Source: Candidatus Saccharimonadota bacterium
GTDB lineage: Archaea; Micrarchaeota; Micrarchaeia; Micrarchaeales; Micrarchaeaceae
Length of the DNA stretch: 32,000 nt
Assembly (NCBI RefSeq): GCF_002214165.1
Contig: NZ_CP019964.1
Coordinates: forward strand, 750,001 to 782,000
Direction: 5' to 3'
Positions 6,908 to 15,032 of the stretch are shown here, one piece after another. The position numbers and the translations under genes were made by a program. A model generated the notes under the pieces. The model saw nothing but the letters and a program-made list of their open reading frames with translations, did not search any database and was not told where the DNA came from. Position 1 is the first letter of the stretch. The number at the start of each line of letters is the position of its first letter.

Positions 6908-8935
6908 TTAAACTCTTCTCCTTTTATGATCCTTGCTTCGCTTGATTTTCTTAAGGCGGACCGCTTCATAAGCTGCAATTATTAGGATGGCGAATAGCAC
7001 AACGATTGACAGGATTGCCTGAATAGTTACCATGTAAATCTCTTCTGCATTTGAACCTGATTCCACGTGCACAGGCAAAGCGAGATTCGATTTCAAAGAT
7101 AGCGAGTAATTGCCGTATACATTGCTTATCGTCACAGTGCCGTTTCTGGATGTATGGTATACCGAGGATGTGCCATTTTCGAATTTTGCGTCTATGGTGG
7201 CATCCAATGGACTATCAAACATATAGCTTAGAGCGGTTATTCTGACATTATAAAGAGGCACCGTAAGATAGTAGCTTGCATCGGCTGCCGTTATCGTTTT
7301 GTTTATTGGGATGCTATTTCTGTCATATTCTGCGCCTTCCACGTTGTAACTCTGGCCCGCATCGAGAAATGGAGAAGTGTTATAAGTTTCGTTGTTTATT
7401 ATTATCTCGGTTATATCTGCATTCTCGTTTTCTAGATTCTTTATTATAAAATTGGCCCTGTCCTCCTTTTGGTATATTGGCTCTATGCTATAGCTCTCGT
7501 TGACCAAAATTGAGATTCCGGGACTGCTTGTATTCAATAGATTGCCGTTTATTAACCATTTGCTAAGCGCATATCTGGAACTGCTATTTATTCCTATGAA
7601 TGGAGAATCCACTGATATGTTGGCATATGATGAATCATTGTACCATCCCTCTCCTGATGCACCGAGATACTTGCTTGATACTCCTACATAGTACTGCTTT
7701 TGCAATTCTGCTGTCAACTTGACAGGTTTTGTTACCTTGAAATAAATAGGGTCTGTAGTGGAATTGTTGCTCCATTTTACAAATGTATATCTTTCTTTTC
7801 CAGAAATGGCTAAAATTGTCTTGTTAATCCCCAGCTCCGCTGTTGAGTTCGCATCGTACCAGCCTGAACCATTGACCCCGCCAATGCTGCTATTTCCAGT
7901 TACATAATACTGCCTCTGCCATTCCGCAGTCTCCGAAATATTGGAATCCATTGTTACCTGTGCAGTTCTTGAATCCCCGGAATATGAACCAAATCCTTCT
8001 CCTGACCATCCGACAAAAACTTCGCGTTCGGATCCGTTAACGTAGTAATATTCAGGCTCTGATATATTTACCGTAGAATAGGCATTGTACATATCCGAAG
8101 CGCTTAGGTTGCCATATTGCGATAGTATATTTAGCTTGAAACCCAGATTCCACAATGTTGTTCCATTGCTTGGCAGATTTATCCCTGATCCTACCTCAAA
8201 CTCGTCGATTATATTATCTACTTCCGATACTCCGTAATCATTAGGGATTGAAGAATCGCTCCCTGTGCCATAACCGACATATGAAAGCCCTTTTGGGACT
8301 TGAAGGTAAACTTTGCCATTATAAAATGAGAGATTTCTGAATATGACTGGGATTATGTTATATGTATCGTTTTTGGCGTTTGAGTATTCACCGATTCCAG
8401 TCAATTCATTTGGCCCTGACTGGGGTGTGCCTAAATTCACAGATCCGACTTTGTTTCCGTTGAAATAAAAGTACCATATCCCATTTCCTGACGAGTTAAA
8501 CGCATAGGTATTAAACTGGCCATTGCTCCCTGCTGCACCATTGGGGCCTATTTCCCCTAAAAACGATCCTGAATAGCCTTTAGGGAAATATTCATAAAAC
8601 CATGTTGGCGTGCCTTTTGTTAGATATACATTGCCAGAACACCCACTTAAAGTGCAGTCGTCCGGATATAACCCTGTTTCGTTAGGTACCATGTATCCTA
8701 TCTGTATAAATGCCCCATTTTGCAATGTCTCTCCAGTCCAAAATCCCAATGATCCAATTTTAGGCGTAACCTGAGAAACAGTTTCTATCTGGACTGACCC
8801 CCCATAATTGTATTCCGTTGCTCTTGACCCGAAAACACCGCTTTGGAACCAATACTGTGCATTGGCAGAATTTTCCAAACAGGCTAAGGACAGCAGCACG
8901 ATTAATGTTATGGCGAGATAATTGAAAGATTTCAT
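6908..8935 (-). CDS. Secreted, C-terminally membrane-anchored cell-surface glycoprotein with beta-repeat modules (675 aa)
   Basis: N-terminal signal peptide MKSFNYLAITLIVLLSLACLENSANA. C-terminal TM helix ILSIVVLFAILIIAAY followed by a basic tail RLKKIKRSKDHKRRRV. About 25 N-x-S/T sequons by eye. There are three similar modules of the G(E/S)GWY...(K)W...QYYV type in residues ~300-500. Confidence 0.75.
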   Translation of the reverse strand: MKSFNYLAITLIVLLSLACLENSANAQYWFQSGVFGSRATEYNYGGSVQIETVSQVTPKIGSLGFWTGETLQNGAFIQIGYMVPNETGLYPDDCTLSGCSGNVYLTKGTPTWFYEYFPKGYSGSFLGEIGPNGAAGSNGQFNTYAFNSSGNGIWYFYFNGNKVGSVNLGTPQSGPNELTGIGEYSNAKNDTYNIIPVIFRNLSFYNGKVYLQVPKGLSYVGYGTGSDSSIPNDYGVSEVDNIIDEFEVGSGINLPSNGTTLWNLGFKLNILSQYGNLSASDMYNAYSTVNISEPEYYYVNGSEREVFVGWSGEGFGSYSGDSRTAQVTMDSNISETAEWQRQYYVTGNSSIGGVNGSGWYDANSTAELGINKTILAISGKERYTFVKWSNNSTTDPIYFKVTKPVKLTAELQKQYYVGVSSKYLGASGEGWYNDSSYANISVDSPFIGINSSSRYALSKWLINGNLLNTSSPGISILVNESYSIEPIYQKEDRANFIIKNLENENADITEIIINNETYNTSPFLDAGQSYNVEGAEYDRNSIPINKTITAADASYYLTVPLYNVRITALSYMFDSPLDATIDAKFENGTSSVYHTSRNGTVTISNVYGNYSLSLKSNLALPVHVESGSNAEEIYMVTIQAILSIVVLFAILIIAAYEAVRLKKIKRSKDHKRRRV

Positions 8936-8983
8936 CTCTAATATTTATGATGTCTAAAATTAAATTGCTTTTCATTTTTGCAG

Positions 8984-9649
8984 CTAATCTACATTATCCA
9001 ATAGCCTTAAAGCACTTTCAAATGCTGTAATATTCTCGGTCAGGATCAACTTGCTTTCGCTGCTATCAATATAACGCTTCATGCCATAGGTGGATAATGC
9101 TGTAGAAGCTATGTATACCGCGTCAAAGTTATCAGATGATTCAAGAGCTCCCTTGACTAAGCCATACAGATCAGCAGTCTTGGTATCGGATATCTCCACG
9201 CCACTTTTCTTATCCATATAGACATACTTACTTACACGAATGGAACGATACTCAAAAAACCTTATCGTATCAATAGTCCTCCTCTTGTTATACGGAGATA
9301 TCATATAGATGCTTTTGGCATTGTTTGATTTCAGCTTTTTTATAACCTCTTCTTCTGGAAGTATTATTTTTTTATTGGATAGGTTTATTATGCCTGAGTG
9401 GTATCTAGACCCATAAGTTCTTCCATAGACTATCAGGTCTGAAACTTTGTCTATCAAGGATATTGCACTTTGCAAGTCTGATTTGAATTTTGATATCTCC
9501 TGTGCATTATATGGCTCGTCGCCTTTGACCGATGGCATGCGTGTTGAATGCACAGTTACACCTTCAGGTACCATTTTCCAAAAATCATATTCTATAGCTG
9601 CATTGTTTGCTGGGACTATAAGCCCAATTCTACCTTTACTTCTTGGCAT
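8984..9649 (-). CDS. Asp/Glu/hydantoin-racemase superfamily protein, maleate cis-trans isomerase / arylmalonate decarboxylase-like, lacking both catalytic cysteines
   Basis: RIGLIVPANNAAIEYDF and VHSTRM match the N-terminal maleate isomerase signatures, and ISPYNK matches the central one. At the two catalytic-Cys positions it reads VYGRTYGS and YIASTALS. Confidence 0.65.
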   Translation of the reverse strand: MPRSKGRIGLIVPANNAAIEYDFWKMVPEGVTVHSTRMPSVKGDEPYNAQEISKFKSDLQSAISLIDKVSDLIVYGRTYGSRYHSGIINLSNKKIILPEEEVIKKLKSNNAKSIYMISPYNKRRTIDTIRFFEYRSIRVSKYVYMDKKSGVEISDTKTADLYGLVKGALESSDNFDAVYIASTALSTYGMKRYIDSSESKLILTENITAFESALRLLDNVD

Positions 9650-10364
9650 TTGATCGCTTTTCTAAATTGTCAAATAGTGAATTTACCATATATGAGGCCG
9701 TATATAGGCTTTCTATGCTTGGGTTTAAATTCCATTCAAGCTCTCCATGAGCCAGAAGATTCCTCACATTCAATGATATTTTGAAGGCTTCAACATAATC
9801 GCTTTCCATATAACCTTCGGCCCAGCTTAGAAGGGAACCTTGGGAATAAGGGAATGCCCTGCCATTGACCTTGATATCGTACAAACTCATATGTTTCATC
9901 TTTACATAAAGTTTAAGCTTCCTGTAATCCATATCTTTTAAAGCTATTGATTTGCCTTTGTATGAAACTATTGCCTCACCACTTACCTGCATTGAGTAAA
10001 GCTCTCTCAAGCCCATTTCCATTAAAAGGTAGATTTCCAAAGTTGCTATATCATTAAGGGTGCTGTCTTTCAATGATATTAATCTTTCCGCTGCACCATA
10101 TATTTTGGATAGCTTTTCGGAAGGAAGCTCGGCTTCATGCTTAGCGCCTATAAAGATTAACGGGATGTTTGCCAATGCTGCACCTACAACTGCCTTGCTG
10201 TCAGATATATTTATGTCAAATCTGACATTCCTTATATATAATTTGCCATTTATTGTCTGCACATTTTCTAATTTCCTTGCTATCGCTTCTTCATCCCCCT
10301 TTGACCTGTACTGAAGGAAGGAGAGTATTTCGTCCTTTATGACATCGCTGACTTCATTGTGCAT
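9636..10364 (-). CDS. Hypothetical protein with a C-terminal HEPN-like R-x4-H motif (242 aa)
   Basis: RNLLAH at residues ~203-208 lies in a predicted helical C-terminal region (ISLNVRNLLAHGELEW...SLYTASYMVNSLF). The N-terminal ~190 aa are unassigned. Its 3' end overlaps the downstream gene's start by 14 nt (AATGCCAAGAAGTAA). Confidence 0.45.
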   Translation of the reverse strand: MHNEVSDVIKDEILSFLQYRSKGDEEAIARKLENVQTINGKLYIRNVRFDINISDSKAVVGAALANIPLIFIGAKHEAELPSEKLSKIYGAAERLISLKDSTLNDIATLEIYLLMEMGLRELYSMQVSGEAIVSYKGKSIALKDMDYRKLKLYVKMKHMSLYDIKVNGRAFPYSQGSLLSWAEGYMESDYVEAFKISLNVRNLLAHGELEWNLNPSIESLYTASYMVNSLFDNLEKRSNAKK

Positions 10365-10426
10365 TTGCTACACCGATAATAGATTGAAACAAAAAGATTG
10401 TTTGGTAGATTTAAAAACCGGAAATA

Positions 10427-10499
10427 TGGGGCTGCCGAGATTTGGACTCGGGTTACTAGCTCCCTAAGCTAGCAGTCTACCAGGTTAGCGTACAGCCCC
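10427..10499 (-). tRNA. tRNA, probably Pro; hand-folded anticodon AGG; atypical (weak D-stem, C55)
   Basis: Minus strand: GGGGCTG TA CGCT AACCTGGTA GACT G CTAGC TTAGGGA GCTAG TAAC CCGAG TCCAAAT CTCGG CAGCCCC A. The acceptor, anticodon and T arms pair perfectly. The D-stem has only 2 of 4 pairs. No encoded CCA. Confidence 0.6.
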
Positions 10500-10683
10500 A
10501 ACTGCTACTCAATAATTTTCCCTTATAATTATAAATATCTTTCACAAACTTGAATGCAAGAACAAATATATGCGCCTTTGATGCTGCAAATCCTTACAAT
10601 AAGAACATGAAATCACACAGGATAATTCAATAAAATAAACAAAGAAAAATGAAAAAGATTAAAAATAAGGCATTAACGCTTGT

Positions 10684-11286
10684 TCAAAGCTTGCCTATGT
10701 CCTTTACAAGGTCTATATTTAGGGTTTCCTTCCCTTTTCTCCAGTTTGCAGGCAATGCGCACATATGCCCTTCCTTGTTAGGGGTATCATGCAGGTACTT
10801 CAATCCCTGGAATGCGTTATAGATGTGGTCAACATCTTTGCCAAGATTGTCATTGAAGACTGAATAATACTGCAGATTTCCTTCCGGGTCTATTATTATC
10901 AGCCCTCTCCTTGCAGCACCACTTTCTTCGTTCAGGAATCCATACTGGCTTATCATGGATTTCTTAAAATCCTCTACCAATGGTATCTGGCTTTTTGATA
11001 CACGTGGTGAAGTCTGGGCCCATTCCCTATGGGAGAAAATGCTGTCTGCGCTTATTGCAAAAACTTCTGCATTCTCATCCTTGAAATCCCTGTACTTCTT
11101 CTCAAGTTCTTCTAGATCCGTAGCGCATACGAATGTAAAATCGCCAGGATAGAAAGTCAGAACATTCCATTTGCCTTTTACAGGGAGTGTTATATCTTCA
11201 ATTTTATCCTCTTTTGGATAGTAGACTTTTGATTTTACCTCTGGGATCTTCTGTCCTATATCTATATTTGCTACCATATTATTCAC
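10684..11286 (-). CDS. Peroxiredoxin (AhpC/TSA family)
   Basis: The peroxidatic Cys context is FYPGDFTFVCATDLEE. C-terminal HMCALPANWRKG is typical of archaeal Prx. Confidence 0.9.
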   Translation of the reverse strand: MNNMVANIDIGQKIPEVKSKVYYPKEDKIEDITLPVKGKWNVLTFYPGDFTFVCATDLEELEKKYRDFKDENAEVFAISADSIFSHREWAQTSPRVSKSQIPLVEDFKKSMISQYGFLNEESGAARRGLIIIDPEGNLQYYSVFNDNLGKDVDHIYNAFQGLKYLHDTPNKEGHMCALPANWRKGKETLNIDLVKDIGKL

Positions 11287-11352
11287 CTTTCATTTATATA
11301 TATGTACTAAAAATATAAATAATTTGCTATTATAATTATATAAATTGATAAA

Positions 11353-11769
11353 ATGTTTAATAAAATTGATAAAGATATCATAAACCTACTTTATTACAAC
11401 GGAGATATTTCATCAGATGAAATCGCCTCCAAGCTTGGCGTAAGCAAAGGTACGGTAAGGAACCGGCTGATACGATTAAAGGATGAAGGGGTAATTAAAA
11501 ACTATGGAATTAGGGCTAAATTGCAGAAGATAGGTATGGCGGAGGTTATAGTAGGATTGGAGATTGCCCCTGAAAATTACATACAGGCAACCAAGGATAT
11601 TGCATCTTATGGTTGGGTAAATGAATTGTACAGGACTTCAGGGGACCATTCAGTAGTAGCTATAATTATATCCGATAGTGAAACAATTCAGGATAAAGTT
11701 GCAGACCTGCTTAATGTCAAGGGAGTGAAGAATGTATACCCATCGTTTGTCCAAGATTTGATCAAATAG
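11353..11769 (+). CDS. Lrp/AsnC-family transcriptional regulator
   Basis: N-terminal wHTH (DIINLLYYNGDISSDEIASKLGVSKGTVRNRLIRLKDEGVI) followed by a C-terminal RAM/ACT-like domain. 138 aa. Confidence 0.85.
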   Translation: MFNKIDKDIINLLYYNGDISSDEIASKLGVSKGTVRNRLIRLKDEGVIKNYGIRAKLQKIGMAEVIVGLEIAPENYIQATKDIASYGWVNELYRTSGDHSVVAIIISDSETIQDKVADLLNVKGVKNVYPSFVQDLIK

Positions 11770-12435
11770 CTATAGGCTCTTAGTAACCCCATTCTTTGGA
11801 CATATGCCATTCAAGGGGCATTTGCTGCAATGTGGTATACTTCCGCATAATTCCTTCCCGTGCTCCTTCAGTATATATGCAAAATTGTGCCAGTATTTTT
11901 TGTCGATCTTTGACTTCAGCTCTTCCTCTATCTTGTCCGGGTTTTTTGAATCTGCCAGACCTATCCGCTCTGATAGTTTTATTACCCATGTATCCACTGG
12001 TATGCCTTCCACCTTTCCATATGCATTTATCAGTATTGTAACTGCTGTCTTCTCTCCTATCCCAGGAAGCTTTAGCAAATCCTCTTTTTCGTCCGGTACC
12101 CTGCCGCCGTATTTCTCATCTACAATTCTGCATGCTTCTATTATTCTTTCCGCCTTAGGGTTGGCAAATGTAACGCTGCTTATGTAAGATAGAAGTTCTG
12201 CCTTGTCCGCATGCGCATAATCAGCTGCAGTATGATAATTTTCAAACAGTTTTGGGGTAAGCTTATTTATGGTTGTATCTCTTGTCTGCGGTGATAGTAT
12301 GGCAGCCACAAGCAAGTCTATAGGGGTCTTGAAGTTGAGGTAATATCCAACATTTTTATATTTGTTTTCAAGGATGCTCACTATCTCATTAAACTTCTTG
12401 TCGTTTACCATTTCCATTTTAACCACTATTTTCAT
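11770..12435 (-). CDS. nth: Endonuclease III (HhH-GPD DNA glycosylase/AP lyase), paralog 1
   Basis: HhH LLKLPGIGEKTAVTIL, catalytic Asp context PVDTWV, and 4Fe-4S loop CGSIPHCSKCPLNGIC (C-x6-C-x2-C-x5-C). The start ATG overlaps the stop of the upstream fni (ATGA). Confidence 0.85.
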   Translation of the reverse strand: MKIVVKMEMVNDKKFNEIVSILENKYKNVGYYLNFKTPIDLLVAAILSPQTRDTTINKLTPKLFENYHTAADYAHADKAELLSYISSVTFANPKAERIIEACRIVDEKYGGRVPDEKEDLLKLPGIGEKTAVTILINAYGKVEGIPVDTWVIKLSERIGLADSKNPDKIEEELKSKIDKKYWHNFAYILKEHGKELCGSIPHCSKCPLNGICPKNGVTKSL

Positions 12436-13529
12436 ATATCTGCATTGATCCAGCTTTGGAGAGGTTCTGTCATAACATATTTTGCTTTCTTCAATCCTTC
12501 TATGTCTTTCACGCCTAAAAGGAACATTATGGATTTAAGCTCGTAAATTCTCTGCTCCAGGAATTTTTTGACTGCATCGCTTGATTCCGTAGCTGGCCTA
12601 AGCGCTGGCCATGCCATCGCTGTCATTGATGCCCCCAATGCGATTGACTTGGCTATATCAAGGCCCGTCCTAAGCCCACCCGATGAAACCACAGGCATCT
12701 TCACTTTGTTCACTACAGAGCACAGTGATGCAGCTGTAGGTATGCCCCAGTCCCATAGAAGGCTCCCAAGCAGCTCCTTTCTTTGCATGTTCATCTGCTT
12801 GGCACGATAATATTCAACAGCGGAGTAGCTTGTGCCCCCCATACCTGCCACTTCTATTGCACTTACATTGGCTTTCTCTAAGTTGGAGGCCACATCTCCC
12901 GATATCCCAAATCCTACCTCTTTAGGTACGACCGGAACGCCTACCTTGTCAACCAATTCCTTTATCCCACCAAGCACCGAGGAATAGTGGGGCTCTCCTT
13001 CTGGCTGCACAAGTTCTTGGGCTGGATTCAAATGCGTATATAGTGCATCCGCCTCAAGCATTCTTACCAATTCCCTTGCATCGTCTATGGAAAAACCTTT
13101 TGAAATCTGTGCGCCGCCAATATTGGCCCCTATAAAAGCAGATGGGGCGGACTTTCGGGCTATTGAATATGTTTCCTCCAATCTCTTATCATATAAGGCT
13201 GCCCTCTGGCTTCCTACTGCCATTCCGAGATTGAGCTCCTCCACTGCTGTGCCTATATTTTCATTTATCTTGTATGCAAGATCTGCTCCTCCTGTCATCG
13301 CTCCCACCATCAAAGGTGCGGAAAATTTGTGACCGAGAAAATTAACGGAAGTGTCTATATCGTCAAAATTTATTTCTGGAAGCGAATTATTGATTAGGTG
13401 CACACACTCGAATAATGTTGATATTTTCTTTGCCTGCACTGGCTTGTCAATGCATATGTTAATGTGGTCCTCTTTCCTCTGCATTATGTCCTTTATCTTT
13501 TCTTCTTTTGCGGAATCTGAATCATGCAT
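12432..13529 (-). CDS. fni: Type 2 isopentenyl-diphosphate delta-isomerase (FMN-dependent)
   Basis: N-terminal RKEDHI; TIM-barrel motifs GAMTGG, VPKEVGFGIS, SSGGLRTGLDIAKSIALGA. 365 aa. Confidence 0.9.
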   Translation of the reverse strand: MHDSDSAKEEKIKDIMQRKEDHINICIDKPVQAKKISTLFECVHLINNSLPEINFDDIDTSVNFLGHKFSAPLMVGAMTGGADLAYKINENIGTAVEELNLGMAVGSQRAALYDKRLEETYSIARKSAPSAFIGANIGGAQISKGFSIDDARELVRMLEADALYTHLNPAQELVQPEGEPHYSSVLGGIKELVDKVGVPVVPKEVGFGISGDVASNLEKANVSAIEVAGMGGTSYSAVEYYRAKQMNMQRKELLGSLLWDWGIPTAASLCSVVNKVKMPVVSSGGLRTGLDIAKSIALGASMTAMAWPALRPATESSDAVKKFLEQRIYELKSIMFLLGVKDIEGLKKAKYVMTEPLQSWINADI

Positions 13530-13662
13530 AGTATCGTAATTACAACGCAGGCAATAAATAAAAACATTGATATGGATTTCGTTGCTTTAAAAGAACGGAC
13601 AGACATTTCATATATGCTTGGAAATGTCTAAATTTTAGTATTGCACAATAAAAGCTGATTAG

Positions 13663-14343
13663 ATGAAAGTCAAAAGCAGGAGGTTTATAGGCCTCGTAAT
13701 AAAAAGGCTTAAAGCAGCTTATCCCGATCAGATGCATACGCAGCTTGAATACTCAAATAAATGGGAGCTTTTGATTGCGGTTATACTTTCTGCGCAGACA
13801 ACGGATGTATCCGTAAATAAGGTAACTAAAAAACTGTTTGCAAACTTTCCTGGGCCTGAAGACCTGCTTGACCTTAAGCCTGATGATCTGTATCCATATA
13901 TAAGGTCAATTGGACTTTACAGAGGCAAATCAAAGAGGTTGATAGAGGCTGCAAAAATGTTAGTAAGCCAATTTGATTCAAAGGTTCCAACAAATACAAA
14001 GGACCTAATGAAAATTCCGGGAGTTGGCAGGAAGGTTGCAAATGTTGTGCTTTCGGAAGGGTTTGGAATAAATGAAGGCATTGCTATAGATACCCATTGC
14101 ATAACAGTATCGAACCGCTTAGGGCTGGCCAATACCCATAATCCAGAGGTTATAGAAAGAGTGTTGATCAAAATCACCCCAAAAGATGAATGGAATAACA
14201 TATCACATCTGTTTATAGCGCTAGGAAGGGACACATGCCAAGCGAGGAAGAAGATATGCGAAAGATGTGTGCTGAATGACATATGCATATCAAGCACTGT
14301 GAAAAATGATACCTATAAAAATAGGAATATTCACAATATTTAA
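13663..14343 (+). CDS. nth: Endonuclease III (HhH-GPD DNA glycosylase/AP lyase), paralog 2
   Basis: ILSAQTTD, HhH LMKIPGVGRKVANVVL, IDTHC, and Fe-S loop CQARKKICERCVLNDIC. Confidence 0.85.
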   Translation: MKVKSRRFIGLVIKRLKAAYPDQMHTQLEYSNKWELLIAVILSAQTTDVSVNKVTKKLFANFPGPEDLLDLKPDDLYPYIRSIGLYRGKSKRLIEAAKMLVSQFDSKVPTNTKDLMKIPGVGRKVANVVLSEGFGINEGIAIDTHCITVSNRLGLANTHNPEVIERVLIKITPKDEWNNISHLFIALGRDTCQARKKICERCVLNDICISSTVKNDTYKNRNIHNI

Positions 14344-14352
14344 TGGATAAAA

Positions 14353-15024
14353 ATGAAAGCGGTCTGCCTTTTCAGCGGTGGCAAAGATTCTACATTAGCT
14401 TTGCACAGGGCAATTGGAAAAGGAATTGATGTCAGCCAGCTTCTTACCATTGCACCAGAAAATGATTACAGTTACATGTTCCATAAGCCCAATATAAGGT
14501 TCACGTCCTTGCAGGCTGAAGCACTAGGTATACCGCAGGTAATAATTAATATTAAAGGCGATAAGGATGAAGAGCTCGCGGACCTCGAATCTGCGATAGC
14601 TGATTCAAACGCGGATTTGGTTATAACCGGTGCAATCGCAAGCCAGTACCAAAAAAGCAGGGTAGATGCCATATGCGATAGGCTTGGAATACGGGATTAT
14701 TCCCCATTATGGGGCATAGAGCCCCTTGAGGAGCTTAAGGAGCTTTCAAAAAGTTTTGATGTGATAATAACCAAGGTTTCTGCAGACGGCATGGATAAGT
14801 CCCTGCTTGGAGCACATATAGATGGAGACACTATAATAAAATTATTGGGAATCGAAAGGAGGTTCCACATAAATCTCTCGTTTGAAGGAGGGGAGGCGGA
14901 GTCTTTTGTACTTAATGCACCTCTGTTTAAGAAAAAGATAGTGATAGATAAGTCGCATGTAGAAAATGATAGATCTAATGGAGAGTATATAATAGATAGC
15001 GCACATTTGGACGATAAAATTTAG
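14353..15024 (+). CDS. PP-loop ATP pyrophosphatase of the MJ0570/Dph6 family (diphthine-ammonia ligase-like)
   Basis: PP-loop CLFSGGKDS at the N-terminus, a central GAIASQYQKSRV, and SFEGGEAESFVL near the C-terminus. Confidence 0.8.
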   Translation: MKAVCLFSGGKDSTLALHRAIGKGIDVSQLLTIAPENDYSYMFHKPNIRFTSLQAEALGIPQVIINIKGDKDEELADLESAIADSNADLVITGAIASQYQKSRVDAICDRLGIRDYSPLWGIEPLEELKELSKSFDVIITKVSADGMDKSLLGAHIDGDTIIKLLGIERRFHINLSFEGGEAESFVLNAPLFKKKIVIDKSHVENDRSNGEYIIDSAHLDDKI

Positions 15025-15032
15025 GTGGTTCT

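Noticed and set aside
6862-6978. N-terminal extension of the HAD phosphatase ORF to 6978
   Set aside because: The extension would overlap the 3' end of the surface-protein gene by 71 nt and adds non-homologous sequence ahead of the DxDGT motif. The ATG at 6861 gives the usual short N-terminus.
6908-8935. Thermopsin (peptidase A5) assignment for the surface protein
   Set aside because: The C-terminal repeats resemble those attached to some archaeal thermopsins. I could not recognise thermopsin catalytic-domain signatures in the N-terminal domain, so only a generic surface glycoprotein call is made.
13540-13737. 65-aa ORF in the fni / nth divergent spacer
   Set aside because: It overlaps the start of nth paralog 2, its composition is Phe/Tyr/Cys-rich, it has no motif, and it sits in the promoter region.
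1-15024. dph2 (1-695) and the dph6-like gene (14353-15024) as a diphthamide operon
   Set aside because: They are ~13.6 kb apart with many unrelated genes on both strands between them. Co-occurrence in one window is not evidence of linkage.
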